Shown piece by piece: positions 35,685-46,484 of a DNA stretch of 64,000 nucleotides. This DNA is from Minisyncoccota bacterium. Lineage in GTDB: Bacteria > Patescibacteriota > Minisyncoccia > Moranbacterales > GCA-2747515. Positions within the stretch are counted from its first letter, which is position 1. Each line of letters begins with the position of its first letter. The notes below the pieces were generated by a model, which saw only the letters and a list, made by a program, of their open reading frames with translations, was not told the origin of the DNA and made no database searches. The stretch is taken from NCBI GenBank assembly GCA_937936355.1, contig CALDDM010000002.1, positions 17,156-81,155 of the forward strand. Direction: 5' to 3'. Made by a program: the position numbers and the translations under genes.

Positions 35685-37817
35685 CTATAACTCTGGTATT
35701 GATGATGGCTTTTCTTTCAATGCTTTTATTGATAGATTTATCCTTCCCTTATCATCAATCTCTTTGACCTTCACGCGGACCTTATCTCCTGCCTTTACTA
35801 CATCAGTCACCTTTTCAACTCGCTTGTGATCTAATTCTGAGACATGCACAAGCCCATCTTGCCCTGGTAGTAACTCAACAAATGCCCCAAAGTCCATAAT
35901 GCGGACAACCTCTCCTTCGTAGATTTCACCGACCTCTACTGATTTAGTTAGGTTATTTATCCACTCCTGAGCTCGTGAGCCACCATCACCGTCAGGTGCT
36001 GTGATAAATACAGTTCCATCATCCTCTATATCGATGGATGCGCCTGTTTCGTCGATGATTTTGTTTATTGTCTCTCCGCCCTTACCGATTACATCTCTAA
36101 TCTTTTCTGGATCGATGATCATGGTAATAATACGTGGCGCGTATGGTGAAAGATCCTTGTTAGGCTGCGCTATCGTCTTTACCATCTCTCCGAGAATGTG
36201 TGCTCTTCCTGTATTTGCTTGTGTAATTGCTGCTTTGAGCATTTCCAAGGTTACACCGTCCAGCTTTACATCCATTTGTAGTGCTGTTATTCCCTTTTCG
36301 GATCCGGCGACCTTGAGATCCATGTCACCATAGTGATCTTCTGCGCCCTGTATGTCAGACAATACCTTGTAAGATCCGTCTGACCCTACAATCATACCCA
36401 TAGCTATACCACTCACTGGACGTTTAATTGGCACTCCTGCATGCATAAGCGATAGCGTTGACCCACATGTGCTAGCCATTGATGATGATCCATTTGACTC
36501 CATAACCTCTGATACAAGCAGTACGGTATATGGGAACTCTTCTTTGCTTGGGATCACAGGAACTAAGGCTTTTTCTGCAAGTGCACCGTGACCAATCTCC
36601 CTCCTTCCAGGTCCGCGGTTTGGTCGCACTTCTCCAACAGAATATGCAGGGAAGTTGTAGTGGTGAATATAATGTTTCTTGATGTCCACTTCCATCGTAT
36701 CGATAATTTGATGGTCTCCAGGGGCTCCGAGGGTCGTCACAGTTAGGACCTGTGTTTCACCACGTGTGAAAACGCCCGAGCCATGCGGTCGCGGAAGAAC
36801 ACCGATCTCGCATGTGATCGGTCTGATCTCATCTATCTTGCGGCCATCTGGTCTTTTTTCACTTTGTAAAATATTCTTGTGAACGATCTCATCAGCTATT
36901 TCGTCGAAGATTAGGTTAAATGCATCTTTGAACATGTCTGGTAGTGCATCGTTGTCGTCGAGAATCTTTTCTTCTACTTCCTTTTTCACCGCCTCTTGCA
37001 CCGTTGCAGTTTTTGTAGCAATCTCCTTTTTACTCCCATAAAGAGCGCCTTCAAGGCCTGATGCCTCAATGGTCTCTCTAATCATCTTCTCAACATCATC
37101 TTCGAGCTTGAGCAAGAATGGCTCAGCCTTCTCCCTGCCTGCCTCATCTCGGATTTTTTCTATGAAGGCTGCGATCTCTTTTATGACACTATGCCCAAGT
37201 TCGAACGCTTTTTGAAGATCTGCATCTGTTATCTCTTGTGCGCCGGCTTCAATCATGTTGATCTTGTCTTTCGTGCCTGCAAGCGTGAGATTGAGTGTAC
37301 TTTTCTCCAACTCTGACTTTGTTGGGTTCACAACCAGCTCTCCGTCGATCATGCCGATGCGAACTGCAGCAACCGGACCACCCCATGGTATATCACTTGT
37401 ATGCAGGGCTGCAGATGCAGCTATTACACTTATGACGTCTGGATCATTCTCCCCATCGAATGAATGAGCTGTAACGACGACCTGCGTGTCGTTGCGCATC
37501 CTCCCGTTAAAAAGTGGCCTAATTGTTCGATCGACGACACGTCCTGCTAGAACTGCTTCATCACTTGGTCGACCCTCTCGCTTAATGAATCGTGATCCTT
37601 TTATCTTTCCCGCAGCGTAATATCGCTCTTCATAATCTACCATGAGTGGGAAGTAGTGTGTCACAAAGCCAATACCAGCACTCATTGTTGCTGTTGCAAG
37701 CATCTGCGTATCACCATATCGAACACTTACTGCGCCATTTGCTTGCTTTGCCCAATGCCCTGTTTTAAAGGTCATTGATCGACCCGCTACATCGAGGGTC
37801 CATGTTTTTGCTGCCAT
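35685..37817 (-). CDS. pnp: Polyribonucleotide nucleotidyltransferase
   Basis: Two RNase PH domains (RREIGHGALAE, ESNGSSSMAS, GDMDLKVAG), KH and S1 domains. Confidence 0.97.
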   Translation of the reverse strand: MAAKTWTLDVAGRSMTFKTGHWAKQANGAVSVRYGDTQMLATATMSAGIGFVTHYFPLMVDYEERYYAAGKIKGSRFIKREGRPSDEAVLAGRVVDRTIRPLFNGRMRNDTQVVVTAHSFDGENDPDVISVIAASAALHTSDIPWGGPVAAVRIGMIDGELVVNPTKSELEKSTLNLTLAGTKDKINMIEAGAQEITDADLQKAFELGHSVIKEIAAFIEKIRDEAGREKAEPFLLKLEDDVEKMIRETIEASGLEGALYGSKKEIATKTATVQEAVKKEVEEKILDDNDALPDMFKDAFNLIFDEIADEIVHKNILQSEKRPDGRKIDEIRPITCEIGVLPRPHGSGVFTRGETQVLTVTTLGAPGDHQIIDTMEVDIKKHYIHHYNFPAYSVGEVRPNRGPGRREIGHGALAEKALVPVIPSKEEFPYTVLLVSEVMESNGSSSMASTCGSTLSLMHAGVPIKRPVSGIAMGMIVGSDGSYKVLSDIQGAEDHYGDMDLKVAGSEKGITALQMDVKLDGVTLEMLKAAITQANTGRAHILGEMVKTIAQPNKDLSPYAPRIITMIIDPEKIRDVIGKGGETINKIIDETGASIDIEDDGTVFITAPDGDGGSRAQEWINNLTKSVEVGEIYEGEVVRIMDFGAFVELLPGQDGLVHVSELDHKRVEKVTDVVKAGDKVRVKVKEIDDKGRINLSIKALKEKPSSIPEL

Positions 37818-38026
37818 ATATTTAAAAAGGTTTGCGCTTGCCATAGCCTACAAATCTACACTTATACTTGCTAACGTTTTTATATATGTAGCAATCATAA
37901 ATGTACACTCGTAAAGCATTTTAGCTTATACACTTCCCTTATTATAAGTTATTTGCCCAATTAAAATGAGCCGTACCACAAGTGTGACAGGGCTCATTAC
38001 TTTTGTCAATTTGTTGTCACTGACAA

Positions 38027-38596
38027 CTATTTTTTTCTTTTGGGTGTTGTTTTTTTTCTTGTAGCACTCTTTCCCGCCGCACTCCCCCTTGTGTTTCTCT
38101 GGCCAATGAGAAATTTTCGCTTATCATCGCTAAGATTGAGAAAATCGTCACACGTTCCAATGAGGCGTGTACTTGTACTTTCTGCAAATGCAACACCTTC
38201 CACGCGACAACCTGTTACGATTTGTAAGTACTGCACAAGTGGGATGTAGTCGCCATCGCCCGACGCTATGATTATGACATCGCATTTACTTGCCAGAGTG
38301 ATTGCATCTACTGCTATGCCGACGTCCCAGTCAGCTTTTTTGTTCCCTCCATGAAAAATCTGTAATTCCTTTGTCTTTACTTCATAGCCAGACTTCTCTA
38401 GTGCATCAAAAAATGACTCCTCATGCGCCTCTTGTGTGGATATGCCATAGCCTATTGCGCGAATCAGCTTTCTGCCGGCAACCGCCTCTGTGAGAAGGTT
38501 TTTGAAATTCACTTTCCGCTCATGTAAGACACGAGCACTGTAATAAAGATTCTGAATGTCTACAAGAACACAAACTCGTTGGTCAGCATGTTTCAT
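38027..38596 (-). CDS. NYN domain (LabA/DUF88) protein
   Basis: VLVDIQNLYY, KADWDVGIAVD, ASGDGDYIPL. Confidence 0.9.
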   Translation of the reverse strand: MKHADQRVCVLVDIQNLYYSARVLHERKVNFKNLLTEAVAGRKLIRAIGYGISTQEAHEESFFDALEKSGYEVKTKELQIFHGGNKKADWDVGIAVDAITLASKCDVIIIASGDGDYIPLVQYLQIVTGCRVEGVAFAESTSTRLIGTCDDFLNLSDDKRKFLIGQRNTRGSAAGKSATRKKTTPKRKK

Positions 38597-38750
38597 AAAA
38601 AATATTTATAAATTATCTCGCGGTAGGCATTACCGTGTCGAGAAGCTTCATAACATTGATTATGGCGCTGTGCCACCTTTGTGTCAAATAGCACCTCTTG
38701 TTACAAATGCAAAACACTCCTTGCGGAGTGTTTTATTGAAATGCCTAATA

Positions 38751-39023
38751 CTATTTTTTGTCTTTTAGGCCGAGCTTTTTTGTGACAGACTTATAAGCCT
38801 TTGGGTTGTTCTCTTTTAGATAGTCTAGAAGCTTCTTACGCTTTGATACCATCTTGAGAAGACCGCGGCGTGAGTGAAAGTCATGAATATTCTTTTTGAG
38901 ATGCTTTGTCAGCTTCTCTATGCGCGTTGTAAAAAGCGCAATTTGATACTCAGGTGATCCACTATCTTTGTCATGGCGAACAAGATCTTTTGTCGCATTG
39001 ACTTTCTGACGTTTTGTCAACAT
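38751..39023 (-). CDS. rpsO: 30S ribosomal protein S15
   Basis: [36 protein letters not shown]; rpsO-pnp synteny. Confidence 0.96.
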   Translation of the reverse strand: MLTKRQKVNATKDLVRHDKDSGSPEYQIALFTTRIEKLTKHLKKNIHDFHSRRGLLKMVSKRKKLLDYLKENNPKAYKSVTKKLGLKDKK

Positions 39024-39209
39024 GTTTTTTGCTTCTGCTATGGAGTCGTCAGCTTCCTGACCACGCCACACGAGAAATAAAGTAATTTAATAGAGTAACT
39101 ATACCACTACAGTGCAGTTAGCGCAACTTTCCGTCATTGAGATCTCCTCGGTCAATGCCTTCTCTCACCAAAAGCACCCTGAGAGAGTGCTTTGTTTGGC
39201 ATTGTCCTC

Positions 39210-41681
39210 CTAGAGGATTGCTGCTGCTGCTATGTGATCACCTTTTTTAGGCTTCATAATACTTACACCCTGCGTTGCCCTTCCTAGTGTGGATATGTCC
39301 GAGAGCTTAATCCTAATAATCTGGCCATTATCACTTGTGATAATGAGATCGCTGTCTGGATCATCCGCACTGACGACATATGATGCAACTATTTTACCTG
39401 TTTTTGGCGTAATATTTGCTGTTTTGAGGCCTCCTCCGCCACGCTTCTGAATCTTGTATTGTGTGAGATTTGTGCGCTTACCCATTCCGTTTTCTGTCAC
39501 AATGAGCAGCTGCGCGCCTTTCTGTGCTTTGAAAGAAAGATCCATGCCGACAACAATATCGCCTTCTTTAAGTTTGATGCCGCGTACGCCGGCTGCATTG
39601 CGTCCCATTGACCGTACGTCTGATTCTTTAAACCTGATTGCCATACCTTTAGCTGTAGTCATCGTGATCTCGTCTGTGCCAGTTGTTGGTTTTACCCAGT
39701 TGAGCTTATCACCTTTTTCAAGCTTCACTGCGATTAGTCCACTTCTTCGCACATTGTCAAAGTCTTCAATTTTTACCTTCTTCACTACTGCGTGGCTCGT
39801 AGCCATGAAAAGGTATTTCACATTGTCTTCTTTGTTGAATGGGATAATACTTGTCACCTCTTCCTCACCCGAGAGCTGGAGAAAGTTGACTACCGCATTC
39901 CCTTTCGCCGTACGCGTCGCTTCTGGAATTTCATAGGCCTTGATTTGGTACACCTTACCGCTTGAAGTAAAGAAGAATAAATTGTCATGCGTTGTGATGC
40001 TCAGAACGTGTTTTACGCTTGTATCTTCTTTTGTTGTTGCTCCTATTACACCTTTTCCACCTCGTTTTTGTGTCTTATAGACGTCTGGGCTCATGCGCTT
40101 GATGTAACCATCACTTGTGAGCGTGATGATTGCCTCTTCATTTGGGACAAGGTCCTCTTGCTTGAATTCTCCAATGGCTGATTTGTTGACCTTTGTTTTG
40201 CGCTCGTCACCAAACTTTTCTGTCAACTCCTTGAGCTCAGTACTGATAATCTTGAGCATCTTCTTCTCGCTTCCAAGGATTGCCTCAAGCTTCTTTATTA
40301 ATGCCAACTTTTCCTTGAGCTCGTCCTCAATCTTCTTTCTCTCAAGGCCGGCAAGTGTTTGTAAGCGCATTTCAAGAATTGCCTGTGCCTGAATAATTGA
40401 GAATTTGAATTTCTTGATCAGGTTTTTCGCAGCTTCCTCGCGTGTTTTGGAGTTTCGAATAATCTTTATGACCTCATCTATATGATCCAGAGCCTTTTTG
40501 AGACCTTCTAGTATGTGTGCACGCTCTTTTGCACGATTTAGCTCGAACTGTGTCCTTCTTTTTACAACCTCTTTCCGATGGATGATATAGTACTCGAGAA
40601 TTTCCTTGAGGTTGAGAATCCGCGGCTCTATGCCATCTACGAGGGCAAGCATATTTACATTGAAGTTCTTCTGCAGGTCTGTGAGTGTGTACAGTTGATT
40701 GAGTATCTTTTGTGGATACGCCTCTTTTTTGATATCAACAACAATTCTCACACCCTCTTTGCTTGACTCGTCGCGCAGGCCCTTGATCCCGAGAATTTTC
40801 TTTGTTTGCACGAGCATTGCGATTTTTTCCACCAGTGTCTGCTTATTCGTCAGATATGTGATCTCTGAAATAATGATCTGGAACTGTCCTGCTCGCTCCT
40901 CTTCAATTGTAGCCCTTGCTCGCATTGTAATCTTTCCTCTTCCTGTTGCGTAGGCTTCGCGTATTTCTTTTTTGTTATATATCACACCCCCCGTTGGAAA
41001 GTCAGGACCACTGACATGCTCCATGAGTTCGTCTGTATTGGCCTCGGGATTATTGATGAGCACTTCAACGGCCCCTGCGATCTCACGCAAGTTGTGCGGG
41101 GGAATGTTCGTTGCCATACCAACAGCAATACCCATCGTTCCATTTAGGAGTAGCTGTGGCAGCTTTGCAGGTAGAACTGCAGGCTCTTTTTGTGTGCCAT
41201 CAAAGTTTGGTCGGAAATCTACTGTGTCTTTTTCGATGTCAAAAAGCATCTCCTCGGAAATGTGTTGTAGCTTTGCCTCTGTATAACGATAAGCAGCTGG
41301 CCCGTCACCATCCATGGATCCAAAGTTTCCCTGACCCCAGATGAGTGGGTAGCGCAGAGACCATTCTTGCGCCATGCGAACCATCGAATCATAGACGGCC
41401 GTGTCACCATGCGGGTGATACTTACCAAGTACTTCACCAACAACAGTTGCGCTTTTACGAAACTTTGCTCCTGGCTTGAGTCCTGTCTTCCACATAGAGT
41501 AAAGGATGCGTCTATGGACTGGCTTCATACCATCTCTCACATCAGGCAAGGCACGCGCAATAATCACACTCATTGCATACTCAAGATAGGATTGCTGCAT
41601 TTCCTGCACAATCGGTCTTGCAGTTACACTGTGTAATGGTTGCTCTGTTTCTGCAATTTCTGCGTTTTTTTTCTTGGCCAT
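39210..41681 (-). CDS. gyrA: DNA gyrase subunit A
   Basis: GKYHPHGD, AAYRYTE catalytic Tyr, GyrA box QKRGGKG. Confidence 0.97.
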   Translation of the reverse strand: MAKKKNAEIAETEQPLHSVTARPIVQEMQQSYLEYAMSVIIARALPDVRDGMKPVHRRILYSMWKTGLKPGAKFRKSATVVGEVLGKYHPHGDTAVYDSMVRMAQEWSLRYPLIWGQGNFGSMDGDGPAAYRYTEAKLQHISEEMLFDIEKDTVDFRPNFDGTQKEPAVLPAKLPQLLLNGTMGIAVGMATNIPPHNLREIAGAVEVLINNPEANTDELMEHVSGPDFPTGGVIYNKKEIREAYATGRGKITMRARATIEEERAGQFQIIISEITYLTNKQTLVEKIAMLVQTKKILGIKGLRDESSKEGVRIVVDIKKEAYPQKILNQLYTLTDLQKNFNVNMLALVDGIEPRILNLKEILEYYIIHRKEVVKRRTQFELNRAKERAHILEGLKKALDHIDEVIKIIRNSKTREEAAKNLIKKFKFSIIQAQAILEMRLQTLAGLERKKIEDELKEKLALIKKLEAILGSEKKMLKIISTELKELTEKFGDERKTKVNKSAIGEFKQEDLVPNEEAIITLTSDGYIKRMSPDVYKTQKRGGKGVIGATTKEDTSVKHVLSITTHDNLFFFTSSGKVYQIKAYEIPEATRTAKGNAVVNFLQLSGEEEVTSIIPFNKEDNVKYLFMATSHAVVKKVKIEDFDNVRRSGLIAVKLEKGDKLNWVKPTTGTDEITMTTAKGMAIRFKESDVRSMGRNAAGVRGIKLKEGDIVVGMDLSFKAQKGAQLLIVTENGMGKRTNLTQYKIQKRGGGGLKTANITPKTGKIVASYVVSADDPDSDLIITSDNGQIIRIKLSDISTLGRATQGVSIMKPKKGDHIAAAAIL

Positions 41682-41716
41682 ATTATTGGTAATTTATTCT
41701 AAAAGTCAGTGTCCAT

Positions 41717-42124
41717 CTACCGCAGTGGAGTGTCCTCTGTAGACTCAATGCTTGTTGTATTATTTTCTGATGGTGATGTTCCGAGTATGCTATCCAGTGC
41801 GCCTCCGAGATTGTCTGAGTCCTCTGCTCCCTGCAGCACTTCACCAACCGCCCTCGTTTCATCTATCGCATCCTTTGAGTCTTCGATAACTTCTGTGAGT
41901 GATGGCTCCCCCTCCTTATTAAAGGTTTCTGAGAATCTATTGCTAATATCACTAATGCCTCCACTTGATTCTAATATGTCTTCGCGAAGACTCACGCGGA
42001 GAGAAAGTATCCATATGATAAATATTAGTGCCATCGAAACAGTCACACAGCCCCAGACCCAGCGCATACGTATATGCTCTGGCTGCTTGCGAATACTAGC
42101 GATCTTTCCTTCTATTTTTGACAT
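41717..42124 (-). CDS. Small membrane protein
   Basis: IRKQPEHIRMRWVWGCV plus TM helix and acidic tail. Confidence 0.7.
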   Translation of the reverse strand: MSKIEGKIASIRKQPEHIRMRWVWGCVTVSMALIFIIWILSLRVSLREDILESSGGISDISNRFSETFNKEGEPSLTEVIEDSKDAIDETRAVGEVLQGAEDSDNLGGALDSILGTSPSENNTTSIESTEDTPLR

Positions 42125-42193
42125 TGCATTGTGATGAACAAATTGAACAAACGATCAACTCTCTTGTTTGTCTGCCCGGATGATCTCTTGCAA

Positions 42194-42856
42194 TTATACA
42201 ACCTTAAGCATACAAACCTCCATTACCTTAGACTCAAGATCTGGCGCCTTGATTGTTAGCTTATCAAGTAGATCCTTGGGACAGTTGCCAATATTTGAGC
42301 AGAAGTCTTTTTGATCTCTCAGATCCTTTACTTTCACACCCGCTGTCTTATAGTGCATTGGTATAATTACCTTTGCCTCAAGCTTGCGTGCCACGTCCTC
42401 AGCCGTCTTGCCGTCCAAGCCTTTTTCGTCCCCGATAGGCAAGAACACTATATCTGCTCCAGATGCTGCATCGTACTGGTCTGGTGAAAGCTCACTTCCC
42501 AATGCGCCAAGATACACGACTTTCATATCCTCAATGTCGAGGATTGAGATGGTCGCATTGCCTCGCTCACTTCCACCCTGCAGGTCTGCTGGGGCTGCCA
42601 GTGAGACAATGTTTATACCTACAACAGAATACTCTCCTGGAAAGTCCAGAATAATTGGATCATTCCTCAGACCTTCTGGCGTTCCAAATACTTCGTCTGC
42701 ATGTGGCAGAAGTACAAGATTTGCTTTGCCCTGAAGAGGTTTTAAGCCTGTTTTTTTATCAAAGGGTCCTAGAACGACAGTGACATCGTCTGAGCCGCGA
42801 CCTGCAGTTTTTGCAACGATTTTGAAGCACGAAAGACCGTGGTATGTGATGTGCAT
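42194..42856 (-). CDS. MBL-fold metallo-hydrolase-like protein
   Basis: ITYHGLSCFKI, PGEYSV, DIVFLPIG, VIIPMHY; metal ligands appear degenerate. Confidence 0.8.
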   Translation of the reverse strand: MHITYHGLSCFKIVAKTAGRGSDDVTVVLGPFDKKTGLKPLQGKANLVLLPHADEVFGTPEGLRNDPIILDFPGEYSVVGINIVSLAAPADLQGGSERGNATISILDIEDMKVVYLGALGSELSPDQYDAASGADIVFLPIGDEKGLDGKTAEDVARKLEAKVIIPMHYKTAGVKVKDLRDQKDFCSNIGNCPKDLLDKLTIKAPDLESKVMEVCMLKVV

Positions 42857-43310
42857 AGATTTTCTATAAGTATAGCGAAAAACGCTTGGATAACTGTAAG
42901 TATACATAAGAGTATATCACGCACAAACATGCGTGCCAATGCTTTGTATTTATATATAATCTATTCTATTGTATGTATCGAAATGTAGATTTTTAGTATC
43001 TCAAGGCTTTCCTCACCTTGAGCCGCTTGCATATATCACCTTCTTATAGTATACTTTTCCTACTGGTAATTATTAGACAAGTGAAGATGCTCGCTGCTTG
43101 ACCACCTCATGACTTGCTTTGTATAGCTTTTGTGATGTTGTCAGCCAAAGTTTAAGCGAAGCTCGTCAATGCACTTATGTGCCGTTTGGCTTTTTGTCTT
43201 GTAATTTCCACTTTTTAGTGGTTTTTTTGTTGCTAATCCCTGTGGGGTGCAATATCTGTGTACAGTAATTATTTATGATGCGGGCACAGCGCATCGTCAC
43301 TTATATTTAT

Positions 43311-44660
43311 ATGGTTACAGATGAAAAAGATCTTCTCGATAAGATCGTTGAGGAAGTAAAGAATGAAGACAAGGCAAAGTCTGTAGTATCAAAGAGCGCC
43401 CCTGCAGACAAGAATTCTTCTGATGAAAAGGTGAAAAGAGCCGTCAAGAAAGAAGTGAAAGTGCCTGCTCCAGAGCAGAAAGAGGCAGCGCCTGTGAAAA
43501 ATGCTTCTGTTGCTGGCATGCCACCACGCGTTCAGGCTTCTGGCGTTTCTATGACAGAACTTTTCGAGAAAGATGAGACGCATATTCCCCAACTCGGAGA
43601 GCCTATTACTGGTACTGTAATTGATATTTCAGGTAATGTCGTACTCGTTGATCTTGGCGGCGTTGGCACCGGAATGGTTATAGGACGCGAGGCAAAAAGC
43701 GGACTGAGTGAGGATGCAAAGCTTGCTGTTGGCTCAACGATTGAGGCTGTTGTTACAGACATGATCAACGAGGAGGGTTATATGGAACTTTCTATTCGTG
43801 AGGCTTCCTACGAAAAGGCTTGGGATGACCTTCGCGCAAAGAAAGATGACGAACTCACTGTCAAAACAAAGATTCTTGATGCAAACAAAGGCGGATTGAT
43901 TGTCGAGATGAATGGAATTACTGGCTTTCTTCCAGTTTCACAACTTTCGAGCAAGAATTACCCTCGCGTTGAAGACGGTGATCGCAATAAAATCCTCGAA
44001 CTTCTCAAGCAACTCCTCGGTAAGGAGTTACCTGTTCGCATTCTTGATGTTGATCAGGAGACTGAGAAGTTGATCGTCTCCGAAAAGGCAGCTCATTCAG
44101 AAGAAGAGCGACAAGCAATTTCTGGACTCAGTGTTGGTGATGTCGTTGAGGGAGAAGTAAGTGGCGTTGTTGATTTCGGAGCGTTTGTTAAGTTTGCACC
44201 TGCTGGTAGTGATGATGATGCAGACCGAAATCTTGAAGGGCTCGTTCATATCTCTGAGCTTGCGTGGCAGCTGATCTCTGATCCTCGTGAGATTATCAAG
44301 GTTGGTGAGAAAGTACAGGCTAAGATCATCGGTATCGATGACACGCGTATCTCGCTTTCTGTTAAGGCACTTCTTGCAGATCCATGGACAGTGATTGGTG
44401 AAAAGTACGTTGTTGGCAAAGAGTATACGGGAGCTGTTGATAAAATTAATCCTTTTGGAGCATTTGTTTACCTCGATAAGGATATTCATGGTCTTGCACA
44501 TGTTAGTGAGTTCCAGGAAGCTTTCCCTGGGAAAAAGCTTGATGAAACGATCAAAGCAGGATCGTCATATAAGTGGAAAGTCCTTTCAATCGAGCCTAAG
44601 GGCCACCGCATGGGACTTCTCCTTGTTGACGGGAAGGAAGTGCCAAAGGAGGACGCCTAG
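43311..44660 (+). CDS. rpsA: 30S ribosomal protein S1 (four S1 domains)
   Basis: NKGGLIV, GFLPVSQL, VDFGAFV, EGLVHISEL, NPFGAFV. Confidence 0.9.
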   Translation: MVTDEKDLLDKIVEEVKNEDKAKSVVSKSAPADKNSSDEKVKRAVKKEVKVPAPEQKEAAPVKNASVAGMPPRVQASGVSMTELFEKDETHIPQLGEPITGTVIDISGNVVLVDLGGVGTGMVIGREAKSGLSEDAKLAVGSTIEAVVTDMINEEGYMELSIREASYEKAWDDLRAKKDDELTVKTKILDANKGGLIVEMNGITGFLPVSQLSSKNYPRVEDGDRNKILELLKQLLGKELPVRILDVDQETEKLIVSEKAAHSEEERQAISGLSVGDVVEGEVSGVVDFGAFVKFAPAGSDDDADRNLEGLVHISELAWQLISDPREIIKVGEKVQAKIIGIDDTRISLSVKALLADPWTVIGEKYVVGKEYTGAVDKINPFGAFVYLDKDIHGLAHVSEFQEAFPGKKLDETIKAGSSYKWKVLSIEPKGHRMGLLLVDGKEVPKEDA

Positions 44661-44778
44661 GGATTTATTGGACCCCTGTACAAACACGCACTCAGGTGCG
44701 TGTTTTCTTTTACTTGCGTCCTATTTGCTTAGAGGATCTTCTGCGTTTATACTACTATAATCAACTTATCATATATTT

Positions 44779-45348
44779 ATGCGTAATCTTTTTGTTATAA
44801 CTGGTGCAACAGCGGTAGGCGAAGATAGCATCATAGACGCCCTCGGTCTTCGACGTCAATTTTCAAAGATCATTACATCGACTACCAGATCGATGCGTGA
44901 GCATGAGTCGCCGGGCTCTCCATATTACTTTGTTTCCAGGGAGGTTTTTGAGAAAGATATTGCTGATGGGGCTATGGTTGAGTACGCCACTGGCACCAAC
45001 GATGAACTCTACGGCGTCACACGATCTGAATTTACACGGCATGCAGAATCTCCGCTTCCTGTCATTTGGAAAGTTGACTTTAAGGGTGCTATGACTGCGC
45101 GGGAGCTTTTTCCTGAGTGTACAATCATCCACATAACAGTTCCTTCACCTGATGTCATAAGGGCGAGATTGCTCAAAAGAGATGCTGGTTCATCCCAGAC
45201 TTATATTGATGAGCGTCTAGCATATGCTAAAAATTGGGATCTTCACCCAGAGCTCTATGATTTTACTGTTGTAAATTCAGATGGCGAGCTGGATGCATCT
45301 GTTGATACAGTTGACCAAATCATATCATCTCGGATGGCCTCAGAGTAG
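44779..45348 (+). CDS. gmk: Guanylate kinase-like protein
   Basis: TSTTRSMREHE, YYFVSREVF, LYGV; P-loop reads GATAVGED. Confidence 0.8.
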   Translation: MRNLFVITGATAVGEDSIIDALGLRRQFSKIITSTTRSMREHESPGSPYYFVSREVFEKDIADGAMVEYATGTNDELYGVTRSEFTRHAESPLPVIWKVDFKGAMTARELFPECTIIHITVPSPDVIRARLLKRDAGSSQTYIDERLAYAKNWDLHPELYDFTVVNSDGELDASVDTVDQIISSRMASE

Positions 45349-45381
45349 AGGCTTCCTGTTATGCTACCGTTACCCACTACA

Positions 45382-46374
45382 ATGAAAAACCTCACAAAAT
45401 TTTTGCAAAATGAGAATGCTGCCTATCATATGTGGGATCGCGGCTCCACTTTGATTGTGGCCGTGAGTGGTGGCCGAGATAGTATGTGCCTCCTCGATCT
45501 CCTTATTCGACTTCAGAATAAAGAAGATCTCACCCTTATTGTAGCCCATGTTAACTATGGCCTTCGGGGTTCTGATAGTGATGATGATGAGGCGCTTGTC
45601 CGCGCAGCGGCAATGCGGCACTCACTTAGATGTGAGGTTCTTACTGTTGATCCTTCCAGAGATTCGTCCACTCCTCAGAATGAAGCACTGTGGCGCTCTA
45701 TTCGCTATGATTTTTTTGAATCTATGGCACGGAATCATAGTGCCCACGCGATTGCCGTTGGGCACCATGCACATGATCAAGCTGAAACTCTCCTTCTCCA
45801 CTTGTTGCGTGGGACTGGCTTAAAAGGCCTTGCTGGCATGCAATCACGGAGTATGAGAGGTAATGTCTCCCTTATCAGGCCACTTTTGCATAGCTCTAGG
45901 GATGATATTGACGAACACTGCAAGAAATTTTCTTTGCGCTATCGGGATGACTCCAGCAATACAGACACAACACTTTTACGTAATAAAATCCGACACGAGT
46001 TGCTCCCAAATTTAGCTGAGAGCTATAATCCTAATATCATTGCAACCCTCGCGCAAACAGCAACAAATCTTTTCCATGACGAGTCACAATCTTTGCCGCC
46101 TCACTTTTGGCATACTACCTATACCGAAGAAATGACCCCGCAGTCTATTTCTTTTTCCCGTGAGACTTTTCTTCAGTATGATTTTTTCATGCAGAATATT
46201 CTCATCCGTCATTTTGCATCCCTCCTTCGATCAGAGGCATACTCTCCTAATTCTTCTCTGGGGTCGGAGTGCATTAAAGCTATCGTGAGTACGAAGTCTA
46301 AAGTACGTGAAAAGTCACTTTCAGGCTTGATTCTTACGTGTAATGGTGATATAGTTGAGCTTACACTTCCCTAG
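45382..46374 (+). CDS. tilS: tRNA(Ile)-lysidine synthetase
   Basis: VAVSGGRDS, HVNYGLRG, GHHAHDQAET, LRGTG, RNKIRH; tilS-ftsH synteny. Confidence 0.95.
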   Translation: MKNLTKFLQNENAAYHMWDRGSTLIVAVSGGRDSMCLLDLLIRLQNKEDLTLIVAHVNYGLRGSDSDDDEALVRAAAMRHSLRCEVLTVDPSRDSSTPQNEALWRSIRYDFFESMARNHSAHAIAVGHHAHDQAETLLLHLLRGTGLKGLAGMQSRSMRGNVSLIRPLLHSSRDDIDEHCKKFSLRYRDDSSNTDTTLLRNKIRHELLPNLAESYNPNIIATLAQTATNLFHDESQSLPPHFWHTTYTEEMTPQSISFSRETFLQYDFFMQNILIRHFASLLRSEAYSPNSSLGSECIKAIVSTKSKVREKSLSGLILTCNGDIVELTLP

Positions 46375-46484
46375 ACTATCGCTAGATATTTAGCAAGTGA
46401 TTGCTGAGTGGATGTGTGAAATTCATGCTCCTTTTTGGACTGCGAGCGTGTAGATTCAATTATATTTACTGCCTTACTAAATTT

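Noticed and set aside
42900-43300. Replication origin at the switch from minus- to plus-strand genes
   Set aside because: No DnaA-box cluster, and by eye the plus strand stays C/T-rich on both sides; a computed GC skew would be needed to revisit this.
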